DNA from: Macrostomum lignano
Lineage: Eukaryota
Length of the DNA stretch: 64,000 nucleotides
Assembly: GCA_002269645.1 (NCBI GenBank)
Contig: NIVC01003539.1
Coordinates: 28,224-92,223, forward strand
Direction: 5' to 3'
The notes under the pieces were generated by a model. That model saw nothing but the letters and a program-made list of their open reading frames with translations. It was not told where the DNA came from and did not search any database. The position numbers and the translations under genes are program-made. Shown here piece after piece: positions 52,568 through 60,927 of the stretch; position 1 is the stretch's first letter, and every line of letters starts with the position of its first letter.

Positions 52568-52995
52568 CTACTTTCGTTGAATTGATCGTATTAAATTCGC
52601 TGCTCCCGCGGCGGTACCAACTACTCCAGACGTTATCCCAAGCGCAGTGCTTATAGCAGGTAGAGCGGCAATAATTGGAGCCAAAAAAGGTAAAAATCCT
52701 CCGTGTTGGACAAGTATTTTCCTTTTTGCAGTAATTGGAGTCTTCTGTTCCAAAAGCTGGCGTATATATCTGCGATGCTTCTCAAGTCGTCTTTTGTTAC
52801 AGTTACTAATTTTAATACGTCCACTAATAATATTAAACAGAAAGTCTACTAGACATCGTATCTCCGACTCTGAAAGTGTTTGTAAAAAACTTTTTCTCTG
52901 CTTTGGATGCTTTAGCCGATAAACAATTTGTAGTAAAAAAGCACACTGACACAATGAGCGAGCATTTTGTTTTCCTTTTCTGTTAGTTCGCTCAT
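52568..52995 (-). CDS. Conserved Polinton virion protein with QHGG/FLPFLAPII amphipathic tail (protein VI-like); start unresolved
   Basis: K.RK..L......I..L.D...N...G.I.I....KRRL.KH...IRQL...KRKILVQHGGFLPFL pattern. No in-frame ATG. ATG 52995 joins if the A6 run at 52935-52940 is really A7. Confidence 0.72.
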
Positions 52996-53051
52996 TCTTA
53001 CAAAACAAATTCACAAAATTTTCTATTACACAATTAATCTTTGCTTATAAA

Positions 53052-54041
53052 TTAGTCCGACCTATGTTTAAAATGCAGTACGACAACAACGTGTGCTCCC
53101 GGATCAAAATTAAACGGTTTTCCGCGCTGGTCCGATAGTCGAATCGAAATCTCGTGAATTTGTTGTCGATTTGTTTTCAAGTAGTAGGGTGTTTGCAATG
53201 CACTGCTATCGCGTATAAGTTCTCCGTTTTTCTTTTGTTGGAGTTCCACAACTCGAAGCAACGGTACTGATGTACTTCCCACTGCTTGATACTCGATTAT
53301 ATCTGTGTAACAGTACATGTAAACCGTTTTACTAGGCATCGGAGAAGGTAGCACAGCATCCAAGTAGGTTTTGTTAATGCGCCAAACACGATTTCTCAAC
53401 CAATATTGGTGTACTTTGATGTACACTTCTCCTTCCGTTTTTCGAAGATAGTCTCCATGCGAAACAAGTCGTATAGCTTCACCAGGCGATAGAACACAAT
53501 AAAAAACATAATAGTTCTCAGGTACTAGCGCTAGAGTATTGTCGAGACTTTTTATCAAATCCAAGTATGAACCATCCGGTGGTTGTACACTACCAGCGGC
53601 AGGTTTTGATAATTTTTCCGAGACAAGTCCAGAAAGTTTCTTCCAAGAGTCAAATTTGAAAGCGTCCATAAATGTAACTGGTAGTTCTAATCCAATAGTT
53701 TTTTCGCCTGAATTTCGTAAAAGCCAGGCAAATTTTTCATCTGTACCAGACGGTTGCCAGGAAACGTAAGCATCCAAGTCTGCCTCTGCCCAAACACGAC
53801 CCCAATAGTTTTTCTTTAATCGTATTATTGAGTCAATGTCCGCAAAATATGGAACTTCAAATCGACGCTCACGATGAGCATTTGGCGTCGTAATTGCTCC
53901 ATGGCACAGTAATTCAACTAGTGCAACCTCGAAGAATCCGTTCAATAAATTTATTGGTTCAGTTAGTCGCACTCGAAATTCATTAGGCGAGTTGGTTTCG
54001 TAACTGATATCGTTTGACGGCAAAAAAACGTAAAAACTCAT
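53052..54041 (-). CDS. Minor capsid protein (penton, single jelly-roll)
   Basis: ATG 54041. FYVFLPSN...NSPNEFRVRL..PINL..GFFEVALVE and C-terminal YCYTDIIEYQAVG...PLLR...ISIRLSDQRG.PF.F...VVLHFK. Confidence 0.87.
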   Translation of the reverse strand: MSFYVFLPSNDISYETNSPNEFRVRLTEPINLLNGFFEVALVELLCHGAITTPNAHRERRFEVPYFADIDSIIRLKKNYWGRVWAEADLDAYVSWQPSGTDEKFAWLLRNSGEKTIGLELPVTFMDAFKFDSWKKLSGLVSEKLSKPAAGSVQPPDGSYLDLIKSLDNTLALVPENYYVFYCVLSPGEAIRLVSHGDYLRKTEGEVYIKVHQYWLRNRVWRINKTYLDAVLPSPMPSKTVYMYCYTDIIEYQAVGSTSVPLLRVVELQQKKNGELIRDSSALQTPYYLKTNRQQIHEISIRLSDQRGKPFNFDPGAHVVVVLHFKHRSD

Positions 54042-54098
54042 TTTGAAATAAAACACAAACTAATATTGACAACAGTTTATAATTTGCTTATAATAATA

Positions 54099-54788
54099 TT
54101 ACACAAACTTTGCATCACATTCACGAGTATAGACAACTTGTTCATCACCAGAAAATATTCCTGTTCTCAATCGTAAAAAATCTGGTGTCACTTGCCGCAG
54201 GTCAATGAATAAATATGAAAAAGGTTTGTTATTTGTTGCGTCTTCATACACATTCACTAGAAACCTACTATTACGCGGATACATTTGTCGACCGAGATGT
54301 TCAACTGTGGTTCGATCGCGCACACTACGAGTTAGACAAATATAACTAGCTGATAAACTTCGCATGCGTGCTTCTGGATCAGACTTGTTAAAAAGACCTT
54401 GACAAAGGTACAGACAAGTCAAAGGGATATGATGCGCATGCTTTGTAAACATACTAGTAAATTCTGGCAACTTAGCAATCTCGCTTTGCAAGTCGTCAAC
54501 AACAACCAAATCGTGTGGTAAAAAACGATTAATCATCTGTGGTGTGAATTCGGGTACAAAAACAATAGGGTCAAGACCGCTTTTTTGCCAGCATGTTCTA
54601 ATTCGTTGTTGATCGTCTGGTTTCAAACTTGATCCATGGCACCAAACAAGACGGCACGGTTTTTTATCAAATAATTCTTTTCGTTCAGTCAACAAACGCA
54701 ACGTCCATTCAGTTTTACCCGAGTTTGAAGGTCCAGCAATAATAAATGTAGAATCGTGAGCTAGTTGCATATTGTATGGCTGCTGCAT
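54099..54788 (-). CDS. A32/FtsK-like genome-packaging ATPase
   Basis: ATG 54788. Walker A AGPSNSGKT, Walker B LVVVDD, HH..LTCLYLCQ, KPFSYLFIDL. Confidence 0.93.
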   Translation of the reverse strand: MQQPYNMQLAHDSTFIIAGPSNSGKTEWTLRLLTERKELFDKKPCRLVWCHGSSLKPDDQQRIRTCWQKSGLDPIVFVPEFTPQMINRFLPHDLVVVDDLQSEIAKLPEFTSMFTKHAHHIPLTCLYLCQGLFNKSDPEARMRSLSASYICLTRSVRDRTTVEHLGRQMYPRNSRFLVNVYEDATNNKPFSYLFIDLRQVTPDFLRLRTGIFSGDEQVVYTRECDAKFV

Positions 54789-54790
54789 TT

Positions 54791-55234
54791 TCAAGCACCA
54801 AAGCGTTGCTTAACTTGCATAACCTTGGTAACCAACTTCGCAGCTAGTTTTTCTTTCCAACCAGTAGACGGATCGTGGGCAATCTCTCGTGCACCAGATT
54901 CTAATAGCTTATCAGCTTTTAACCTCTCTTGCACGTCAGAATTTTTATCATAGGCCACGTCGTGAAGCATGCACAAATTGTCAAGCCGATTAATTCCTCG
55001 TTGTCCTTTTGCTAGCCTAGCTTGCAGTTGCGTACCTGGACCACAAAACTGATATCCGCCGGGTAAATGTGCTTCAAATGGTAAATGATTAATTAACCAA
55101 TTTACGACACCATAACCTTGTTGCTTTTTATTAATCTTTCTAATAGATTTCTTCTTTTTACGAATGCTCTTCTTTTTCTTTTTAAAACCTCGATCTTTCG
55201 CTGGAGACATTTTTACAACATATATTTTAGGCAT
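54791..55234 (-). CDS. Parvovirus-type phospholipase A2 domain virion protein
   Basis: Ca-loop GYQFCGPGT and catalytic NRLDNLCMLHDVAYD. Basic N-terminus followed by QQGYG. Confidence 0.9.
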   Translation of the reverse strand: MPKIYVVKMSPAKDRGFKKKKKSIRKKKKSIRKINKKQQGYGVVNWLINHLPFEAHLPGGYQFCGPGTQLQARLAKGQRGINRLDNLCMLHDVAYDKNSDVQERLKADKLLESGAREIAHDPSTGWKEKLAAKLVTKVMQVKQRFGA

Positions 55235-55325
55235 AAATTTTTAAAATTGCTTATAGTATTTACAAAGCTCTCGCATAGTGCACCAATCACCAAAGAAAAA
55301 AATCAGTTTATTATTATTATTATAC

Positions 55326-55808
55326 TTATTGGCCAGTGCTGCCAAAGCCGCCAAAGCCGCGCCGCTTGGTCGGCGGCTCAATCATCCGAATCGAATTGTC
55401 TGCTTCAGTCACATAGACTGAAGCAAGCACGGCCTGCTCCAGAACCAGTTGTGCAATACTGAGCCCGGCATAGTACTCAAAGTCTTCCGGACTGTAATTA
55501 AACAAGACTATACAGATTTCACCAGTATAGTCGGGGTCGATTACGCCACCGCCAACAAATAAGCTGTGCAGAGCCATGCTGGAACGTCCCGCTATCCTGC
55601 CATAGGTACCAGGCGGTAAGCGAATTTTGAGTCCGGTTCGCACACTCCGGGACTCGTAGGCCGGAATGGTACCATCGACGCCAGCGCAAAGATCATACCC
55701 GATCGACCCGACAGTTTTTCGGGTCGGAATCGTTGCCGAATCGTATAGACGTTCAACTAAAAGCTTACGATCAGTTAGTTGTTGTTGCTGCTGCTGCTCG
55801 GGATTCAT
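55326..55808 (-). CDS. dut: Trimeric dUTPase
   Basis: All five motifs present: GYDL, GRSS, GVIDPDYTGE, AQLVL, RGFGGFGSTG. ATG at 55808. Confidence 0.96.
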   Translation of the reverse strand: MNPEQQQQQQLTDRKLLVERLYDSATIPTRKTVGSIGYDLCAGVDGTIPAYESRSVRTGLKIRLPPGTYGRIAGRSSMALHSLFVGGGVIDPDYTGEICIVLFNYSPEDFEYYAGLSIAQLVLEQAVLASVYVTEADNSIRMIEPPTKRRGFGGFGSTGQ

Positions 55809-56132
55809 GTCGATTCTTGTAGCTGAAAGTTTAAAAAAAAGTTTTTTTTCTTGAAACATGAACGATAGCACTACATTTACGTCTACTACAAACACAAGCT
55901 TAGTCTTGAGAATCTAACTATAAAAAATATACTTTTTCAAATAATTAAACACAAAAAAGTGCTAAAATTATAATTTAAACGAATGCCGGTATCATTTATT
56001 TATTGTAAATAATGATCAATGAAAAAATTAATGATGGGTTACAGTCTTCTATAGCATGCTATTACTTTGTACAACAAAAGAGATCAGAGCATATTGTTAA
56101 TTAATTAGCCAAGTGCCAGTGTCCAAAGGGTA

Positions 56133-56431
56133 GCGAATTAATTGAACTTGTCCAGGATCGCTTCGTATCGAAGAAGCTTAGTGCAAGTTTTCTTTGTTGC
56201 ATCAAAAAAAACTTTCTGTTTTCGAGAACGAATGGACTGTATGCGCGAAAACACAAGTTGTCGCTTGTGTAAGACTCTTAAATAGTCTTGATGCTTTAAA
56301 CTGCTCTGTGCGGCTTTAGAAGCAGTACTGCTCCAGCTTTGCGACCGATTGAGACTGGAACTTTAAACGATTGCTGCTTAACCAGACCGGACCGGACTGG
56401 ACCGGACCGGACTGGACCGGACTCCCCGCGC

Positions 56432-56463
<32 letters not shown>

Positions 56464-57177
56464 ACCACCACCACCGCCGCCACCACCACCACTGCCGCCG
56501 CCCGCCCCCACACCACCGTGGGACGTATTTGTTGACAGTGTGCTTGCATGGCTTTTGCGATAAACGCAGAGCATCAAGTCTAGCTGCTCGATTGCTCTAT
56601 ATTGCCAATTACTACCTCGAGATTGAAAATTGTCAATTTTTATTAACAACTGATTAATAACGCGTGCGAACCAGTCATTGTAGGCCTCGGGAGATAACAG
56701 CATGTCACTGTTTGTAATCGTCTCATCAAATGATATTGTCGCAATGTTGGTATTAAAATAGACCGAAATGATCTCTTCGCTGCTCGAGCCATCGTTGTCG
56801 TCTGCTGCTGTTTTCGGTCGAAATAGTGTCACTTTCAAGTGAAAGCAGACTCTTATTAATAAACTGGGTGAGCCAATTTTTTCCAATATTTTAAATATTG
56901 GTTCTCTTAAAGACGCAATCAACTCGCCAGGAAGTAACTCGCCAGAGCTGTTGCCTTGTTGTTCAAGAGTGGGAGTAAATTCGACAAAATTTACCCGACC
57001 ACGATGAGCTGACTCGCGCAAAGCGATGGACCACCCATCTGGTGGGTTTTCGATCAGGTTTTGCAGCGATCCGGTCAGTAATCGTTGCGGTGAAAAACAA
57101 GCACCATGCGAGTGAGCATGCAGCTCGGCTTGATTACTGAACTTTTTTCTGCAGATTTGGCATTGTGCACGCGGCAT
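56133..57177 (-). pseudogene. Remnant of protein-primed PolB: C2H2 finger plus N-terminal domain, low-complexity junction, then a C-terminal-like fragment in another frame
   Basis: CQICRKKF...LHAHSH. YFNT...IDNFQSRGSNWQYRAIEQLDL resembles the GSGW region of Polinton PolB N-termini. After the (CCG/CCA)n-(GGACC)n patch, another frame reads LKHQDYLRVL...IQSIRSRKQKVF (about 56330-56133). No exonuclease or palm motifs anywhere in the element. Confidence 0.6.
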
Positions 57178-57400
57178 TGTGTGCACCTAGCTCGACAACG
57201 AGCGTATCGAGCATAATATTAATAGATGATCCGGTTTGTCATTTGCGGCTGTAAGAAAAATGATGATTTGGTTAGTTATAGGTATAGCTGACACGTTTAC
57301 TATTAGAGAAAACAATTGGTAAATAAATAAAAAAAGACAAAATGTTTGTAAAAGAATGCATCGCAACTGCGATTTGACAGCAATTGTTTACTTGTTAAGT

Positions 57401-57958
57401 TTAGTTATTAACAGAGATTAAAAAATCCTTGACATGGTTAAGAATATTATTCAATTCATGAGTGTTTTGAACGCCCATAATAACAAACTTTTTCGAAAAA
57501 AATATGTTACAAAAAAGCCTTGGTTTTGATGCTGATCTAACAGAAACTGCTTGTGGGAAATTTTCTGCATCGTATCCAACCAGATAATTCGAATAGTAGC
57601 CTGCATATCTTTTTAGACTAGAGAAACCGAATTTTGGCCAAAGATGACCAATAAAGCCGACATAGGTACTGCTCTGAATTTTTACTGAATCAAAATCTAC
57701 ACAATTAATAGTGTCGTTGATAAATCGTAAAACTGAGACTATCTGAGAATTTGATTTACAGCCATATATAGTTAGTTTTCCTGCTGGATAAAGTTGGATT
57801 TTAGCATTTGAATAAATTGTCTTTAGCATTGTTGGTCGGCTTAGGAATAGTTTGCAAAACCGGTTTCTGGTCTGTAGCTTCTGTTTGGTCTGCTTTAAAT
57901 CAAATTTTTCAAACGGGTGCAGCTTCAGACTCGCAGTAACTATTAATAGGACAAGTCG
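57401..57958 (-). CDS. TATA-binding-protein-like factor (about 185 aa open frame after a splice acceptor; first ATG only at 57829)
   Basis: Two TBP repeats: LIVTASL...FDLK...NRFCK...AKIQLYPAGKLTIYGCKS and KIQSSTY...YDAENFPQAV...KPRLFCNIFFSKKFVIMG. Compare TBP TALIFSSGKMVCTGAKS, KIQNMVG, YEPELFPGL and KPRIVLLIFVSGKVVLTG. Confidence 0.8.
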   Translation of the reverse strand, partial: RLVLLIVTASLKLHPFEKFDLKQTKQKLQTRNRFCKLFLSRPTMLKTIYSNAKIQLYPAGKLTIYGCKSNSQIVSVLRFINDTINCVDFDSVKIQSSTYVGFIGHLWPKFGFSSLKRYAGYYSNYLVGYDAENFPQAVSVRSASKPRLFCNIFFSKKFVIMGVQNTHELNNILNHVKDFLISVNN

Positions 57959-58168
57959 CTAAAACGGAAAATAAATAATAAGAAAAGTTAAACATGACTA
58001 TACTATCGTAAATTCTAATATTAAATTACAAAACCTGGTTAGCGTACAAGGAGTAGCAAAAAATGTTTTGAGCTTTTCCCTAAAAAATAATATTTCCCTA
58101 GCCAAAAATTTGATAAATATAGTGGAATAAGTTAGTTAAAACTTGGATAAAATTAGTCAAAAATTTTG

Positions 58169-59366
58169 TTACTCATCATCAGAGCTGCTGTACGAGTCGT
58201 CCGATGAAGACACGCTAGCTGTAGTAGCGTCCGCAGCAGCACGCTTTAAAAATGCTGTCTCCTTGGACGCTACCCTGGTTCCAGAGGCAGGTGTACTCAC
58301 CAAGATCTTTGCTGGTGGAGCCTCCACCCAGTCTGTGCCATCTGCACCAGCTTCGGCAGAATTGTTTTGCTGTTTTGCACCGCTGCGTTTTCGAACTTGC
58401 TTTTTAGGCGGCGGTTCAATAGAGGCTGGCGCTGCATTCGATGTAGTCGACTTCTTCGATACGGTGGTGGTAGACCGACGCTTTGCAGGTGACTTGGCAG
58501 GTGTCACCTGGCTTGAATTCTGCAGGCTTTGTTCATTTGCTTCTTCTTGCTCACAGGTAGATGTTGGGGACGGACTCCTGCTTCTAATTGCTGACTTGGT
58601 CGCGGGTAGGTGTGCAAGCACTCCCTTGAACATGTCGAGGCGCTGCAACATGTTGTCGGAAGATTCTATGAGTGTCAGAGAGCGCACAGCGAATGTAATG
58701 CGCCAGACGAGGCAGCCTTTTGGACAATACAAGCTCGTTGCTTGCACTGTCATTTGGTAGGTACCGCTGACACCTTTGAAATCGGAAATGGACACCTCCT
58801 TCCCGTGTGGATGATCGTTGCTGATCCTGATTGTGGCACAAGGGTAAGCAGGCTTTATAGCCAGCCATTGTTGAGGCACAAACTCGAGGACGTCGTTAGC
58901 ATGCTGATGAGCTGGTTTTGTTAGTCGTGCCAAGGGTCGAGCATCTTGAATCTCGTTCAACTTGACCGATAGACCTTTTTCGACTTGACTGCAAAACATT
59001 ATATAAATTATGAATATAGTTTCCTAAAATTAATTGTATAAATTTAATATGGTGCTCACCGGAGAGAGTGGAAGAGTTCCTTATCGCAGCTGTCTGGATG
59101 AAATTGGACACTTACTGCGTCGCGAGAGTCGTGTCTGCAAGACGGATGATCGAGCTCTGGCCTTTCTGCGATTCCACGAAAAAGCTCCATTGGAGCCTTG
59201 GTTTGCAATATAATTGGGTACCATTTTGTACACTCGATTGATGGTTTCCACGCAATAGATCGAAACTGGCAGGACGAACCAGTCGTGGTTGTAGACTGCT
59301 CTCCAACGTAAAAATCGGACTCGAGTCGGAGCGTACAATTGACTCCGTCTTGATGCAAGCTGCCAT
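58169..59366 (-). CDS. Spliced gene, probable OB-fold single-stranded DNA-binding protein with acidic tail
   Basis: 71-nt GT-AG intron 59059-58989 joins ORF 59056-59379 in frame to ORF 58169-58999 (CG/T = Arg). PIILQTKAPMELFRGI resembles the T7-like viral SSB motif. Ends SSSDDSYSSSDDE. ATG 59366 needs one extra base at the 59310-59314 run. Confidence 0.6.
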
Positions 59367-60059
59367 GTCTTACAAGCAATTGAATATAGTATTTCTTTTG
59401 CTGTAATGATTGAGCTCATGAAAAATTGACCATTTCGGGTCTTGTATTTATAGCAAGCTTTGCATGCTGTTTGTGAACTAGTAAACAAATTTAATTGTTG
59501 CGTGCTGATTAAGACATTGTTGCGTGCCAAAGGTGGCATAAGTTTCTAGGGTGGGTTGCATGATTAGGTCTAATTTTACGCAAATGTAGGTTGATATTTT
59601 ATACAATAAAATTAATGAATCTTAGGCACACTAGTTATAAATTTGCAAGAGTAACACGATGGCAAGCGTTTAATAAGAAGACTGCTGGTTGCTGCTTCAT
59701 TAGATTGGTTTTGTTCTCAAGTAGAATGTAATTAAAATATTTTGCGACTTGAAAAATTAGCAATCTTGGATTTTAGAGTAAAAATAAGCTGCACGCGGTG
59801 CTATGAAATTAATTTATTGAAAGTTTTGCTTGCATGTTGGAATTTTTTAGCTCGCACGGTGACAAGAGATTGCTTGAGTAACCTATATATAGAGTGTTAC
59901 TTTTCAAACAGAAAAAGGTATAGTTGTAACTCAGCTTTTGCAGTCCTATATTGAGCAGAAGCTATATAGAGTTACACTATCATGCTGCGACGCGCAGCTT
60001 GTTGGGACTATAATGACTGCCGCTGCTATAACCGCATGCAGTCAGTGCAGTTGACACAC

Positions 60060-60770
60060 AAATGCTGTTTGGACTAAGCTAAATTACTGTGTTGAGACAG
60101 TTAAGCTGGACCACGGCTAAATCACTATTGATACGGTTAATTGCTACTAGACCCATGGCTAAATCACTGTACGTTGAGACGGTTAAGCTGGACCACGACT
60201 AAATCGCTGTACGTTGAGACGGTGGTTAAGCTGGACCATGGTTATAAAACTGGACGGGTGGTTAAGCTGGACGACTACAGCTAAAATTACTGTTGAGTCA
60301 GTTATGCTAGACCACAGCAGCCAAATCACAGTTGAGGTAAAGCTGACCATAGCTAATTCTCACTGTTGAGACGGGTGCTGCTGCTTGGCTCACAGCTAAA
60401 TAACTGGACAGTTAAGCTAATCGGACTACAGCTAAATCCCTGTTGAGACAGTTGCCTGGACCACAGCTAAAATCACTGTTGAGGCAGTTAAGTCTGGACA
60501 ACAGCTAAAATTACTGTTGAGACAGTTAAGCCTTGACTATAGCTAAATCATCGTTGAGGTAGTTAAGCCTGGACTATAGCTAAATCACTGTTGATGCAGT
60601 TTTAAGCTAGACCACAGCTAAATCATACTGCTGAGGCAAAAAAGCCGGACCACGGCTAAAAACTGTTGAGGCAAAAGCTGGACCACAGCTAAATCATACT
60701 GTTGAGGCAAAAGCTGGACCACAGCTAAATCATACTGTTGAGGCAAAAGCCAGACCATGGCTAAAGAAAC
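60060..60770. repeat. Array of about 18 diverged 34-42-bp units with an internal palindrome
   Basis: Consensus CTGTTGAGRCAGTTAAGCTGGACCACAGCTAAATCA containing AGCTG-N5-CAGCT. Confidence 0.9.
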
Positions 60771-60927
60771 GTATGAAAAAAAAATTATTTGCATGGATTA
60801 ATAATTTTTGTTTAATGATGACTGTACAAGATATTGACTTTATATTGAATTAAATAATTTCAATAAATGGCGAATAAAATTGAAAGAATTTTTTAGAATA
60901 ATGAATTTATAGAGATTATATTATTGA

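Noticed and set aside
58143-58760. 205-aa plus-strand ORF in the element
   Set aside because: Antisense to the SSB-like gene, non-ATG start and no motifs.
59081-59539. 152-aa ORF as a separate Polinton gene
   Set aside because: Overlaps the frame that splices cleanly into the 58169 ORF and shows no recognisable motif. Likely a shadow frame.
60060-60770. CRISPR-like appearance of the repeat array (also the 55-bp repeat at 32452)
   Set aside because: No unique spacers between conserved repeats, no cas genes, and eukaryotic context.
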